Position numbers and translations under genes: made by a program. DNA of 64,000 nucleotides from Synechococcus sp. (GTDB taxonomy: Bacteria; Cyanobacteriota; Cyanobacteriia; PCC-6307; Cyanobiaceae). The stretch spans positions 64,001-128,000 of the forward strand of contig JBJBEO010000001.1 in the NCBI GenBank assembly GCA_047284725.1. The letters run 5' to 3'. The first letter of the stretch is position 1; every line of letters starts with the position of its first letter. Positions 43,833 through 54,750 of this stretch are shown one piece after another. The notes beneath the pieces are model-generated. The model saw nothing but the letters and a program-made list of their open reading frames with translations. It was not told the origin of the DNA and made no database searches.

Positions 43833-45041
43833 ATGGGTCAGCCGTCGCGGACGGGGCGGGGGTCGCAGGGATCTGGTTCGTCTGGCCCCTTGTCAGCTGG
43901 GGGCTTCTATCAACGCTGGTTGGGTCCGGTGCTGGCGAATGATGAGGGCCTGGATGCCGAGCAACTCAGCCGCACGGCGCTGACGGCACTGGGTCAGGCG
44001 AGTCTGCGGCGCCATTGGCCGGGGATCTCCACCATGCTGGAGGGCGTCGCTGCTGATCTGCAGCGTCGTGATGTCCGTCTGGAGCAGGTGCTGTTCGGCT
44101 GTCGCTTCAGCAATCCCGTGGGTTTGGCGGCAGGATTCGACAAAAATGGGGTGGCTGCTGGGCTGTGGGACCGGTTCGGCTTCGGTTTTGCCGAGGTGGG
44201 CACGGTCACCTGGCATGCCCAGCCAGGTAACCCCCGGCCCAGGCTGTTCCGTCTGGCGGCGGAGCAGGCGGCCCTGAATCGCATGGGTTTCAACAACAAC
44301 GGTGCCGAAGTGATGGTGCGGACGCTCCAACGCCAGCAGTTGCCGCCGCCCGGCCAGCGGCCGGCGGTGCTGGGCATCAATCTCGGCAAATCCAAGATCA
44401 CCAGTCTGGAGCTGGCCCCCGACGATTACGCCTCCTCGCTGGAGTTGCTGGCGCCGATGGCCGATTACGCCGTGATCAATGTCAGTTCCCCCAACACGCC
44501 CGGGTTGCGCGACCTGCAGGATGCTTACCAGCTGCGCCGTCTGGTGGAGCGCTTGCGGCGGCTGCAGGCTTGCCCGCCTCTGTTGGTGAAGATCGCGCCC
44601 GATCTCGATGACGAGGCGATTGATGGCATTGCCCGTCTCGCCTATGAAGAGGGCCTGGCCGGGGTGATTGCAGTGAACACCAGCCTGGACCGGCTGGGCC
44701 TCGAGCAGAGGGTGCTGTCCCAGACCGGTCGCAGCCTGGCTGAAGAGGCCGGAGGTCTCAGTGGTGCCCCCCTGCGCCAGCGGGCGTTGGAAGTGATGCG
44801 ACGTCTGCGGGCCATGGCCGGACCATCGTTGCCCTTGATTGGTGTGGGCGGGGTGGACTCCCCGGAAGTGGCGTGGGAGCGGATCACCGCCGGGGCTTCA
44901 TTGATTCAGCTGTACACCGGCTGGATTTTCCAGGGGCCGGATTTGGTGCCCAGGATCCTTGACGGGCTGAGCGATCAGCTCGATCGCCACGGCTTCCGCC
45001 ATCTCCGTGATGCGGTGGGGAGCGGCGTGCCCTGGCAATGA
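43833..45041 (+). CDS. pyrD: Quinone-dependent dihydroorotate dehydrogenase
   Basis: [34 protein letters not shown] and GGLSG. Confidence 0.96.
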   Translation: MGQPSRTGRGSQGSGSSGPLSAGGFYQRWLGPVLANDEGLDAEQLSRTALTALGQASLRRHWPGISTMLEGVAADLQRRDVRLEQVLFGCRFSNPVGLAAGFDKNGVAAGLWDRFGFGFAEVGTVTWHAQPGNPRPRLFRLAAEQAALNRMGFNNNGAEVMVRTLQRQQLPPPGQRPAVLGINLGKSKITSLELAPDDYASSLELLAPMADYAVINVSSPNTPGLRDLQDAYQLRRLVERLRRLQACPPLLVKIAPDLDDEAIDGIARLAYEEGLAGVIAVNTSLDRLGLEQRVLSQTGRSLAEEAGGLSGAPLRQRALEVMRRLRAMAGPSLPLIGVGGVDSPEVAWERITAGASLIQLYTGWIFQGPDLVPRILDGLSDQLDRHGFRHLRDAVGSGVPWQ

Positions 45042-45074
45042 CCGGTACCCTTCGGGAACAGATGCAAAGGTTCG

Positions 45075-46709
45075 TTGACGCGGGCTGACTTTCTCGATCG
45101 CACCCCGGCGCTGGCGCGCCTGAAAGGGGTGCCTCGTGTCTTCAGTCGTCGCCATGCGGTGGTGATGGCGGTGCAAGACGACACGCTCACCCTCACCTGG
45201 ATGGAGGCTGGTGAGCGGCAGTGGCGCCGAGTGGGGATGCCGAAGGATCTCTGCCGCGATGGTCTGCCGATGCAGCGCGAGTCGCTGGGGGAGCTTTGCG
45301 CGGAGCTTCTTTTCGACAACGGTTTACCGCCAGCGTTGGTGGATCTGGAGTTGCTGTTGCCGCTGGAGGCTTGCCATTGGCGCCTCCTCGCTGGAGAGGG
45401 CGTTTCTGCGTCGTCGACCCTGGCGGATCTGCGGGGTGAGAAACCGTTGCTGGAGTGGCCATTTCAGATTGATGATGCGTACCTTGCTGCGATGCCCGCC
45501 CCCGATGGTGCGGACGCTCAGCTGTTGGTGGGTGTGCAGCGCCTGATGCTTCAGGCCTGGGTGGATGTGGTCGAGGCGGCTGATCTCTCTCTGCGTCGCG
45601 TCGATTGGCTGATGGCGTCAGCCTGGCGCGGACTGGTGGGATCCTTTGATGTGGGCATCCCTCAGGACCTGGTCTGGTTGCTCCGTGGGAGCGGTGGATG
45701 GCGTGTCTTGCTGCTCAACAACGGTTTACCCGAATTGGATCGCTTGATCCTTGACAAGGAGCTCGATCCTGCATTGAGCGAATCTAAGGGGTTGCACCAG
45801 CAGCTGGAACGAACCCTCAGCACGTGGGACGTGCAGACCACGTCAAAGGCCGGTGAGGCCAACTGGCAGCGTTACTGGTGGATCTCAGCCCGCCTGGCCG
45901 ACCAGGCCCAGTGGCTTGATTGGATGGCACGGGAGGTGCATGGGCCGATCCTTGGCGTCCCCAAGGGGGATCTGCAGCTTGAGGATGCTGACGCTCCGGA
46001 GCCTCTGATTGCGCTGGCGCTCAAGGGCAGCGCATCAATGGATCTGTTGCAGGAACGGCGACCTGAGCTTGGCCTGCCCGCTGCGACGCCGGTGGTGGAA
46101 GACAGTCGCTCGTTGTTATTGAAGGGGGCCGGCCTTGGCGGTGGCCTCGTGTTGCTTGGTTTGCTCGGCATCGGGGCGATGGCCTGGTGGGAGGGGTATC
46201 AGGCTCAACAACTGGAGGCCCTGTTGCCTGTGGAGCAGCAGGTGCTGGAAACAGAAGCCAAACTCAAGCGTCTTGAAACACGCATCACCACGATCACGAA
46301 CGACAACAAAAAGATCGCCCAGACTTTGGTGGCTGTACGTTCAAGTTCGGCGTTGATGGAGCAAATGCGTCAGATTGCTCCACAGGGAGTTCAATTCAAA
46401 GATTTGGGTGTGAAGGGAAATTCGATCAAGTTGAGCGGAGTTGTTGTCGGAGCGGGCACCCCAGGCCCTTTGGAGCGCATCAATTCTTTGCTGATCACGC
46501 TGTCTGAACTGCCGGAGAGCAAAAGCAATGGAGTCTCGCTGGTTAATGCAAGACGTACTTCAGATGGCGCGCGCGGATCAGTGAGTTTCAACCTCAATTG
46601 GACTCTTGATTCCTCGACTAAACCCACCGTGGAGCAGTTGGAGGCCTTGGGGGCCACGGGCATGGCTGCGCGTCTGCGGATGCTGGAGAAACAGGGGGTG
46701 CAATTTTGA
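45075..46709 (+). CDS. Type IV pilus/T2SS alignment protein: degenerate PilM-like N-half fused to a PilN-like C-half
   Basis: Single 544-aa frame with an internal MDLLQERR at 46038, followed by a TM segment, coiled coil and ferredoxin-like PilN domain. First gene of a pilO-pilQ-like cluster. Confidence 0.65.
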   Translation: MTRADFLDRTPALARLKGVPRVFSRRHAVVMAVQDDTLTLTWMEAGERQWRRVGMPKDLCRDGLPMQRESLGELCAELLFDNGLPPALVDLELLLPLEACHWRLLAGEGVSASSTLADLRGEKPLLEWPFQIDDAYLAAMPAPDGADAQLLVGVQRLMLQAWVDVVEAADLSLRRVDWLMASAWRGLVGSFDVGIPQDLVWLLRGSGGWRVLLLNNGLPELDRLILDKELDPALSESKGLHQQLERTLSTWDVQTTSKAGEANWQRYWWISARLADQAQWLDWMAREVHGPILGVPKGDLQLEDADAPEPLIALALKGSASMDLLQERRPELGLPAATPVVEDSRSLLLKGAGLGGGLVLLGLLGIGAMAWWEGYQAQQLEALLPVEQQVLETEAKLKRLETRITTITNDNKKIAQTLVAVRSSSALMEQMRQIAPQGVQFKDLGVKGNSIKLSGVVVGAGTPGPLERINSLLITLSELPESKSNGVSLVNARRTSDGARGSVSFNLNWTLDSSTKPTVEQLEALGATGMAARLRMLEKQGVQF

Positions 46710-47443
46710 CGAATCTCTCCGCTTCAGTTTCTGTCTGGAAGCGACGCTTCAGTCGCGAACGCGTGCTGATTGGCACCCCAGTGATTACTGGTGTCGTGGT
46801 GTTGGCCTGCTTGTTGATTTTCGATGGATGGCCGCGGGTGGGTCGTCTTCAGGAGCAGAGAGAGCGACTGCAGGAGCTGCGCCTCAAGCAGGCCTCGTTG
46901 CCTGGATTGCGACGGCAGCTGGCGAAGCAGGAAATCCGGGCCCAGCAGGTGGCCCAGCAGCAGGCCTTATTGGTGGACCTGATTGCTGGTCGTGACCAGA
47001 TTCAAACCTTTTTGGCTGAGGTGGGTCGTGTTGCCGATGCAACAGGCGTTGTGGTCAGTTTGTATGAACCTTCGGCTCCCCCTGCGCCCAAGCCCCCCAA
47101 GCCCCAGTCCCGGAGTCGATCCAGCAAATCAAAACAAAAAGACGTTCCAAAAGATCCCCTTAATGAGCTTGGTTACGTCAAAACCAGTGTGTTGCTCAAG
47201 GCGATAGGCCCCTATGAAGCATTGCAGTCGTTTTTGAGACGGATGGAGTCGTTGCAATTGCTTGTTCAGCCCAGTAATCTTGCTCTGAAATCGTCTTCTA
47301 AAGGGCAGAAGATTAAAGTCCGATCCACTGCCGTAGAATTAGAGAAGCCTAATACAGAGCTTAATTTGCGACTGAGTTTCTTCGATCGGGTCGATGGCGC
47401 TGAGCCTCAGTCCAAGGATCAGGAGCCCCAACGGCGACCTTGA
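46706..47443 (+). CDS. PilO/GspM-like protein
   Basis: N-terminal TM, coiled coil and GPYEALQSFLRRMESLQLLV; lies between the PilN-like gene and the secretin. Confidence 0.7.
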   Translation: MTNLSASVSVWKRRFSRERVLIGTPVITGVVVLACLLIFDGWPRVGRLQEQRERLQELRLKQASLPGLRRQLAKQEIRAQQVAQQQALLVDLIAGRDQIQTFLAEVGRVADATGVVVSLYEPSAPPAPKPPKPQSRSRSSKSKQKDVPKDPLNELGYVKTSVLLKAIGPYEALQSFLRRMESLQLLVQPSNLALKSSSKGQKIKVRSTAVELEKPNTELNLRLSFFDRVDGAEPQSKDQEPQRRP

Positions 47444-47524
47444 TGACCTTTGGGGCTTGGTGACAGGCGGCTAGCTATCGCTGGATTTGATCGATACCAT
47501 CCGTCTACTGCAAGTGCTCTTGGC

Positions 47525-49825
47525 ATGGCCCGATCCTCTTCCCGTCGTTTCAAGTCCCTGGCATTGGGCTTGTCTCTGGCAGTAGGAAGCACTGCGCTGG
47601 ATTGCTCGGGTCTGGTTCAGGGCGGGCGCGGTGGAGCCTTGGCGCAGAGTCAGCGTCAGCAGGGCGTGATGCAATTGCGTCTGAAGCGCCGTGCCGACGC
47701 CTTGGATGTGGTGATTGAGGGTGTGGGTGCTGAGCCCGAATTGCAGCAGCGGCTTAACGGGCTCATCTGGGAGGCCAAGCTGCGCACCCAGGGCCAACCG
47801 GGCCTGTTGCGGGGACCTCAGACACTGAGCCTGCCCGAGCTTGGCATTGAGAGTGTGTCGCTCAATGGTGGTGGCGATAGCTATCGCATTGTCATCAGTG
47901 CCATTCAAGGCCAATCCCTTGCCGACCCTGTCGTGACGGCTGATGGTCGCAATCTGATCCTTACCTTCGCTGGCCTGGGCACACCCCAACTGCAAACGAC
48001 CACGCTGGATCTCACCACGCCGGGTCGGGTGCCGCAGCCCCGCTACGCACCGCCACTGCGTCCAAGGGCCGTCGCTCCACCGCTGGGAGATATGGCCGTG
48101 GGCACGATGGTGCTGCAGAACCGCAGTTTTGTGAATGTGAGTGGTCCTCCGGTCACGCTCACGCTGAATCAAGCACCGGCGAAAGATGCCATTTTGTCGT
48201 TGGCGCGTTTGGGGAATTACGGATTCATTTATATGGGCGATGAAGGTCAGGGCACAGGAGCCAACACTGTTTCTGCTCCGGTCACCATGGCGTTCAACAA
48301 CGAAACCTACGCACGGGCTCTGAATTCTCTTCTCTTGGCGTCTGGCCTGCAGGCCAAGTTGGATGGTCGCACTCTGATGGTGGGTCCAAACGTTTCTGGT
48401 AAAACTTTTGGGCCCAAAGTTTCGAAGGTGTATCGCCTGAATCAGGCCGATGTTTCCTCTGCGGCTGATTATCTGGCCAGCCTTGGAGCTGAGATCAGCA
48501 AGGTCACAGTGCAGAGCACAACGACAGGTGAGCCGGTTGCGGGTGGTGGCTCGACATTGAGTAATCAGGTCTCACAGACCACCTCGACACTGACAGAGGT
48601 GGAAACCTACGGCGCTGCCACTGGTCCCTTGCGTGGCTTGACGGGAACGACGGATTCACGCCTGCAGTCAATCACTCTGGTGGGGGATTCGCGATTGGTG
48701 GCTGTGGCTGAAGGCTATCTCAAGCAGATTGATCTTCGCCAGAGACAGGTGGCTGTCAAAGTTCAGATTCTTAATGTGGATTTGTCAAATGACAAATCCA
48801 TTGACTCTAGTTTTTCTGCTCAAATCGGGAATACGTTCTTGGTCAGCGAGAGTGGGAGGGCTTTTGTGAATTTCGGGGATTACAAGCCCGGCGGTAGGGC
48901 TGGGACTGGGGTTGTTGAGGATGGAACTGAGTACATCCAGCCGGGAGCTTATAATGCTGGCATTGAGCAAGAGGCAGCACAAAGAGTTATTGACCCTCCA
49001 TTTGTTGAGGCTCAAGAATTCATTAACGTTACTACTTTTGATTCCAATGGCAACCGAGTTGTGACTCAGGAGCTGGTTCCAAGGTTGGATAATTTTGGTC
49101 GTCCTGAATATGTTCCAACAACAGATCCAGCCGCGTCTCCTCAGTTGGTTGAAAGGTACGATGCTAATGGTCAGCCTATTTATATTCCAGGCCAAGATCC
49201 TGCTCGGTTTAAATACCCGAAAAACTCTTTTTATGGTTACTTGGAAGCGGCAATTGTTAGTTCCAGCGCCAAGACAATTGCTCAGCCAACTCTCTTGGTC
49301 CAAGAGGGAGAGGAGGCGTCTGTAGAGACTGGTACAAGTGTGATTACTGACGTCACGACAACTGACACCGCGAACGGTTCTACCCAGTTTTCGTATTCCA
49401 GAACCAATGCTGGATTAAATCTTGAGGTTAAGGTAAATAAGATTGATGATAATGGTTTTGTCAGTCTGGAATTGAACCCTGAGGTTTCGGTTCCGGTGCC
49501 AGCGGGTACGAATCAGGGTGTTGCGATTTTCAATATTGAAGGAAGAAAATTGAGTTCAGGCAGTATTCGCCTGAGGGACAGGCAAACTCTTGTTTTGACA
49601 GGAGTGATTCAAGATTCTGATCGGGAGCAAGTACAGAAATGGCCGATCCTCGGTGATCTCCCTGTGATTGGTCAGCTCTTCAGGAGCACTGCACGTAGCA
49701 GGCAGAAAAGTGAGCTTGTGATCTTGGTGACGCCCTCGATCATTGATGATGAACAGGGTGGAACCTATGGCTACGGATATCGTCCATCCACCCGCGAGGC
49801 ACGCCAGTTGCTGGGACCGGGCTGA
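47525..49825 (+). CDS. pilQ: Secretin (PilQ/GspD family)
   Basis: N3-like DSRLQSITLVG, QIDLRQRQV and the C-terminal secretin motif TLVLTGVI...WPILGDLPVIGQLFR...ELVILVTP. Confidence 0.88.
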   Translation: MARSSSRRFKSLALGLSLAVGSTALDCSGLVQGGRGGALAQSQRQQGVMQLRLKRRADALDVVIEGVGAEPELQQRLNGLIWEAKLRTQGQPGLLRGPQTLSLPELGIESVSLNGGGDSYRIVISAIQGQSLADPVVTADGRNLILTFAGLGTPQLQTTTLDLTTPGRVPQPRYAPPLRPRAVAPPLGDMAVGTMVLQNRSFVNVSGPPVTLTLNQAPAKDAILSLARLGNYGFIYMGDEGQGTGANTVSAPVTMAFNNETYARALNSLLLASGLQAKLDGRTLMVGPNVSGKTFGPKVSKVYRLNQADVSSAADYLASLGAEISKVTVQSTTTGEPVAGGGSTLSNQVSQTTSTLTEVETYGAATGPLRGLTGTTDSRLQSITLVGDSRLVAVAEGYLKQIDLRQRQVAVKVQILNVDLSNDKSIDSSFSAQIGNTFLVSESGRAFVNFGDYKPGGRAGTGVVEDGTEYIQPGAYNAGIEQEAAQRVIDPPFVEAQEFINVTTFDSNGNRVVTQELVPRLDNFGRPEYVPTTDPAASPQLVERYDANGQPIYIPGQDPARFKYPKNSFYGYLEAAIVSSSAKTIAQPTLLVQEGEEASVETGTSVITDVTTTDTANGSTQFSYSRTNAGLNLEVKVNKIDDNGFVSLELNPEVSVPVPAGTNQGVAIFNIEGRKLSSGSIRLRDRQTLVLTGVIQDSDREQVQKWPILGDLPVIGQLFRSTARSRQKSELVILVTPSIIDDEQGGTYGYGYRPSTREARQLLGPG

Positions 49826-49827
49826 GA

Positions 49828-50628
49828 TCAGAATCCTGCCGCGGGCATGAACAGTTTCATCGCCAGCGGCAGGAGCGCCTTGGAGGTGGAGAGCAGTCCA
49901 TCCAACACAGCCGAGCCCATGCCGTTGCCGCTCTCTTTTTGGTGCACTTTGTCTTGCAGTGCCTTGGCGGCAGCAGTGAGTTGTGCGGATTGAACCTGCC
50001 CTCCCGCGGCGCTGTAAAGGCTGCTGGCGTACGTGAAATCCTGCATGGCCAGCTGGCGCTTGCCGAGCTTTTCGCGGGCGATGCCCCTTGCCACCCAGCT
50101 CTCCGCAGCATCGGGCTGCTTGCGAATCGCCAGACCGAACAGGTCTTCCGCTTGCGTCCAGCGATTGGATTCACCGGCGGTGACGCCGGCGTTGTGAAGG
50201 GCCGCATGGCTCTGGGCTTCGGGTTCCAGGCCGGTGGCACCAGTCCAGTGGGCTTCTTCAAGAGCGTTGGCATCGAGAAGTGCGCTGGTGAGATCCGCAT
50301 CCCTTAGATCGGTTCCCAGCAGTCGGCTTCCTCGCAAGTCGGCACCGCGCAGGGATGCCCCTTGCAGGCTGGTGAAGCTCAGATCGGCTCCGCTGAGGTT
50401 GGCCCCATCAAGGCGGGCCTGGCCGAGGTTGGCGCGCTGCAGGCGGGATTGGCTCAGATCGACATCCCGTAGATCCGCGTGCACGAGGTCTGCATCCGCC
50501 AGGGAGCACTGGGGGCAACGTTTGGTCTGCAGCAGCTGCAGGAGATCGTCACTGGCGCGGGCGTTGCAAGGGATGGTCAAGGCGCCTGCAAGCAGCAACC
50601 CAAGCAACAGGGGGTGACGAGCTGTCAT
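49828..50628 (-). CDS. Secreted pentapeptide-repeat protein with TPR-like C-terminus
   Basis: Signal peptide, CPQC, ADL/ANL pentapeptides, then a TPR-like ESWVARGIAREKLG segment. Confidence 0.85.
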   Translation of the reverse strand: MTARHPLLLGLLLAGALTIPCNARASDDLLQLLQTKRCPQCSLADADLVHADLRDVDLSQSRLQRANLGQARLDGANLSGADLSFTSLQGASLRGADLRGSRLLGTDLRDADLTSALLDANALEEAHWTGATGLEPEAQSHAALHNAGVTAGESNRWTQAEDLFGLAIRKQPDAAESWVARGIAREKLGKRQLAMQDFTYASSLYSAAGGQVQSAQLTAAAKALQDKVHQKESGNGMGSAVLDGLLSTSKALLPLAMKLFMPAAGF

Positions 50629-50740
50629 GGATGGTGCGCTGGAGGCTTCTGTTTTGTATCGGGTTCCGGCGCTTGCGTCGACCTGGGTCGAGTGGCTAGG
50701 GACCTGGCTGGGCAGGATAGAGCGATTGCAGGTCTGATTC

Positions 50741-51853
50741 GTGAGCGGCGCTGTTCCTGCCCATGGCGGCAACCTCCTTGCGGAGGCGCGTCGGTTGGGA
50801 GTGGATGCCTCCACGCTTCTGGATGCCAGCGCTTCCTTGGTGCCGTTTCGCCCGCCTCGCTCGTTGCAGCGGGCGCTTGCGTCGGCGATTCGCGGCAGTG
50901 CGCTGCGCGATTATCCCGATCGCGATCAACGGGGCCTGCGCGACGCGATCGCTCGTTGGCATGGCCTTGACTCCGCTTGCGTGTTGCCGGGCAATGGCGC
51001 TGCGGAGTTGTTCACCTGGGCCGCCCGTGATGCTGCGGCTCTCGGATGCAGTCTGTTGCCCACACCTGGTTTCGCGGACTACCGGAGAGCCTTGCAGTGC
51101 TGGCAGGCCCCACTGCGCTCCGTCAGTCTTCCTCTGAACGGCTTCACCGGGCCGCTTCAATCATTCCCTGAACAAGATGATGATTCGCGCCGCGATGCCG
51201 TGCTGTGGGTGACTAACCCCCACAATCCCACCGGTCAGCTCTGGAGCCGGAGTTCGCTTGAGCCTCTCTTGGAGCGCTACGCCCTCGTGATCTGCGATGA
51301 GGCTTTTCTTTCCGTTGTCCCCGACGGAGAGAGGCAGTCCTTGCTGCCGCTGGTGGAGGCCTACCCCAATCTTGTGGTGATTCGCAGCCTCACCAAGATC
51401 TTGGCTGTGGCTGGTCTGCGCCTGGGCTATGCCGTTGCTCAGCCGGAGCGCCTCGGCCGGTGGCAGCGGTGGCGTGACCCTTGGCCTGTGAATGGGCTGG
51501 CTTCAGCAGTTGGAGAAGCGGTATTGGCCGATGATCAGGGATTCGTTCGATGGCTGCAGCGGGTGCATCAGTGGGTGGCGCGTGACGGCTTGTGGCTGTC
51601 GGAGCATTTGCATGCCCTGCCGGGCCTGGTTCCTTTGCCTTCAGCGGCCAATTTTGTGCTGATCCAAGCCGCTCAGAGCCTGGTGCCTCTGCGGGATGCG
51701 GTCGCTCGGCGCCATGGGGTGTTGCTCCGCGATTGCCGTTCGTTTGAAGGTCTGGGTGAGAACTGGTTGCGCATCGGTCTGCAGAACCGGCGCGGCAACC
51801 GCCGCATCCTCCGGGCCTTGCATCAGGAACTCCCCCGTCGGCCTCTGGTTTGA
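50741..51853 (+). CDS. cobD: Threonine-phosphate decarboxylase (cobalamin pathway, CobD/CobC), PLP class I/II
   Basis: HGGN start, GNGAAEL, NPHNPTG, DEAF, RSLTK...GLRLGY and RDCRSFEGL. Confidence 0.8.
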   Translation: MSGAVPAHGGNLLAEARRLGVDASTLLDASASLVPFRPPRSLQRALASAIRGSALRDYPDRDQRGLRDAIARWHGLDSACVLPGNGAAELFTWAARDAAALGCSLLPTPGFADYRRALQCWQAPLRSVSLPLNGFTGPLQSFPEQDDDSRRDAVLWVTNPHNPTGQLWSRSSLEPLLERYALVICDEAFLSVVPDGERQSLLPLVEAYPNLVVIRSLTKILAVAGLRLGYAVAQPERLGRWQRWRDPWPVNGLASAVGEAVLADDQGFVRWLQRVHQWVARDGLWLSEHLHALPGLVPLPSAANFVLIQAAQSLVPLRDAVARRHGVLLRDCRSFEGLGENWLRIGLQNRRGNRRILRALHQELPRRPLV

Positions 51854-51895
51854 ACCCTGGTGTGAAGCTTGGATGTTCCAGGGCTGTGCGGGCCT

Positions 51896-52972
51896 TCAGT
51901 TCACCAGGTCCTGCAGCACGTCCGCCAGGCGGCTTTCTGCATCGCGCACCGCCAGACGTTCCATGCCGGCGGCCATGGTGACGAGCGGATCAACGACAGC
52001 CTCGCAGTGGCGCAGCCGTGGACCCAGCAAGCGCCATAGCGTGCGCTTCAGGGCATGGTGGTCGGGCGTGTGCTGATGCACGATCACGGCGGCTCCGAGG
52101 GCCGCAGCGCAGACGGCGTTGGCGTCCTGGTGCTGGTCGGCGGCTTGCGGGAATGGCACCAGCACGCTGGGGGTGGCGGTCACCGCCAGCTCGCTGAGGC
52201 TGCCGGCTCCGGCTCTGCTGATCGCCAGGTCGGCGTGTTGGAGCAGCCCCGGCACCTCATCGCTGAAGGGGAGTTCCACCAGGTTGGGGTGTTGGATTGT
52301 GCCGGCTTCCGGGTCGTTGCTGCCGCTGAGGTGCACCACCCGGCAACCAGCGCCGAGCAGATCCGGCAGCACGGCGCGCACCATGCGGTTGAGGCCTAAC
52401 GCTCCTTGGCTGCCGCCCATCACCAGCACAAGAGGCCCCGCACCCGTTGGCACCCAGGCGGGTAGCGGTTGGGGCGTGAGAAAGCTCTCGCGCACCGGCG
52501 TGCCGGTGACAACGGCCGTGCAGCCAGGAATGCGTTTGACGGCAGCGGGGAGTCCAACGGCCACCTGCGTGCAGAAGCGCCCGAGCAGTCGCGTGACGCG
52601 GCCAGGGACGGCATTGGATTCATGCAGCACCACCGGGATGCCACACCAGCGGGCCGCCAGGATCGCCGGAGCGGCGATGTAGCCGCCGGTGGTGAACACC
52701 ACCTGGCTGCCCTCGCGGCGGATCAGGCGACGCACGCCGCGGCTGGCGGCGATCAATTGCAGCAGTTGGATCACTTTGCGCAGACCCCGTCCCTGCAGGC
52801 CACCGGCTTGCACGGTGGTGAGCGGATAACGCTCCGGCACCAGCGAGGTTTCCAGTCGGTCGGGCACGCCGAGCCAACAGGCCTGCCAGTGCTCGGGCAT
52901 AGCCTCGGCGACGGCGAGGGCCGGGAAGAGGTGGCCACCGGTGCCGCTGGCGGCGATCAAAAGCCGTGACAT
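51896..52972 (-). CDS. murG: UDP-GlcNAc:lipid I transferase MurG
   Basis: [30 protein letters not shown] and HQDAN. Confidence 0.96.
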   Translation of the reverse strand: MSRLLIAASGTGGHLFPALAVAEAMPEHWQACWLGVPDRLETSLVPERYPLTTVQAGGLQGRGLRKVIQLLQLIAASRGVRRLIRREGSQVVFTTGGYIAAPAILAARWCGIPVVLHESNAVPGRVTRLLGRFCTQVAVGLPAAVKRIPGCTAVVTGTPVRESFLTPQPLPAWVPTGAGPLVLVMGGSQGALGLNRMVRAVLPDLLGAGCRVVHLSGSNDPEAGTIQHPNLVELPFSDEVPGLLQHADLAISRAGAGSLSELAVTATPSVLVPFPQAADQHQDANAVCAAALGAAVIVHQHTPDHHALKRTLWRLLGPRLRHCEAVVDPLVTMAAGMERLAVRDAESRLADVLQDLVN

Positions 52973-53031
52973 GGCAGCGGGCGCGGCAGGAAGAGGCGCC
53001 CTAACTTAAGGGTGATGCTGATTCTGCTTGC

Positions 53032-53799
53032 GTGCGGCCCTATCTGACTTCGTTGCTGAGCTTGTGTGTGATGGCCTCGGCTGCGCTGCCGGTGTCGCTT
53101 CGGGCGCAGGCCTTCGCCAGTCAGGCCGACCCAGCGCCATCTGCGTCCGCGCCATCCGTGGTGGCCCGGCTTGAGCAGGCCCTGAATGCCCCCGATCAGG
53201 AGGGTCTGGATGCGTTGCTCGCTCCGGATCAACGGGATCAGCTGGGGCCACGCCTGCGTCGTTTCGCCCAGCGTTTCACCAATGCCCGCTGGCGTCTCAC
53301 GGCGGGTGAGCCTCTGTCTGATGGCACGGTGCCGGTGGCTGTGGCGGTCAGCGGCAGCACAACGAGCAATGGGTTGCAGTACTCCCTGCAGGCGAGTCAG
53401 CAACTGCGTCTGCGTCTGGAGGGTGGCTTGATCAGTGGTCAGGAGTTGGTGCAAGACCAGTCGGTGCTCACGAGCGCCCGTCAACCCCTGCCGATCACCT
53501 TGGTCATTCCCGATGCGGTGCTCACCGGTAGTCGTTACGACGTGGACGTGGTGCTGGATGAGCCCCTGGGCCAGGCCCTGGTGGCCGGTGGATTGGCGGC
53601 GTTAACGCCGCGCCAGATTCGTGAGCAGCAAACGCCAGCCATTCAGCTCGAGCCCCTGGGAGGCGGGGGCCTGTTCAAGTCGGTGCAGGCGCCGCTGCAG
53701 CCAGGGGTGCAGACCTGGGCGGCGATGCTGGTGCATCCCGATGGTGTGATCACCGTCACCAAGCAGGTGCGGGTCGTGAACGACCGCACCGAACTCTGA
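53032..53799 (+). CDS. Conserved secreted hypothetical protein (possibly NTF2-like N-domain)
   Basis: Signal peptide; C-terminal GGGGLFKSVQAP...PG.QTWAA motif; host-like codon usage. Confidence 0.7.
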   Translation: MRPYLTSLLSLCVMASAALPVSLRAQAFASQADPAPSASAPSVVARLEQALNAPDQEGLDALLAPDQRDQLGPRLRRFAQRFTNARWRLTAGEPLSDGTVPVAVAVSGSTTSNGLQYSLQASQQLRLRLEGGLISGQELVQDQSVLTSARQPLPITLVIPDAVLTGSRYDVDVVLDEPLGQALVAGGLAALTPRQIREQQTPAIQLEPLGGGGLFKSVQAPLQPGVQTWAAMLVHPDGVITVTKQVRVVNDRTEL

Positions 53800-53838
53800 G
53801 CTTCGGTCTTGGCATGACAGCACCCTGACAAGCGGTGG

Positions 53839-54750
53839 TCAGGGTGCCGGCGGCAGACTTCGGCGCAGCGCTGAGACATCAGCGTCGCCCAGCCCCTGTG
53901 CCATCAGGGCGGCTTCTTGGTCCCGTACCGCTGCGGAGATCGGCAATTCCAGCCCCGTCACCTGAGCTGTCTCCAGAGCGATGCCGAGATCTTTGTGATG
54001 CAGCGCCAGCTTGAAGCCGAGGGGGTAGTGATCGGCAAGCATGGCGCTTGAGCGGTGTCGCAGGGCCCACGACCCCGCCGCGCCATGCTGCAGGGCGCTG
54101 ACCACCTGATCCATCGGCAGCTTCAGGTGTTGCCCCAGGGCCATCGCTTCCGCCACGGCGGCATAGCTGCCGGCCACCAGCACCTGATTCACCGCCTTCA
54201 CCTGTTGGCCAGCGCCCACGGGGCCGAAGTGGTGGATGGACCCCCCGATGGTGTCCAGCACAGGACGGGCCCGCTCCAGATCGGCGAATGCTCCACCGCA
54301 GAGAACCGTGAGCGTGCCGGCTTTGGCGCCTTCCGTGCCGCCGGTGACGGGGGCATCGAGATAGCCCACGCCCCGTGCCGCCAGGCGTTGTGCCATCGCC
54401 TGGGAGGTGGCCGGGCTGATGGTTGAGCAGTCGATCACCAGGCTCCCCTCGGCCAGCACGGGGCCTGCCCCCTGTTCGCCCCAGAGCACCGTCTCCACGG
54501 CGGCGTCATCACTGACGCAGAGCACCAGGGCCTGGCAGCCGCAGGCGGCCTCGGTGGGGGACGCGCAGCCGACTGCTGCTGCTCTGGCGTCACCCTGTTG
54601 CAGGGCTGCATCGCTCTCGGCGCCGCGGCTGCGGGTGTGCACGCGAAGGGCGTAGCCGGCGCTGCGAAGGTTGATCGCCATGGGTAACCCCAGAGCGCCA
54701 AGACCCACCACGGCAAGGGAGCAAGGGGGCTGCAACTCAGGCTTCATCAT
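53839..54750 (-). CDS. NAD(P)-dependent beta-hydroxyacid dehydrogenase (3-hydroxyisobutyrate/tartronate semialdehyde reductase family)
   Basis: GLGALGLPMA, DAPVTGG, GAGQQVKAVNQ and KDLGIAL. Confidence 0.9.
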   Translation of the reverse strand: MMKPELQPPCSLAVVGLGALGLPMAINLRSAGYALRVHTRSRGAESDAALQQGDARAAAVGCASPTEAACGCQALVLCVSDDAAVETVLWGEQGAGPVLAEGSLVIDCSTISPATSQAMAQRLAARGVGYLDAPVTGGTEGAKAGTLTVLCGGAFADLERARPVLDTIGGSIHHFGPVGAGQQVKAVNQVLVAGSYAAVAEAMALGQHLKLPMDQVVSALQHGAAGSWALRHRSSAMLADHYPLGFKLALHHKDLGIALETAQVTGLELPISAAVRDQEAALMAQGLGDADVSALRRSLPPAP

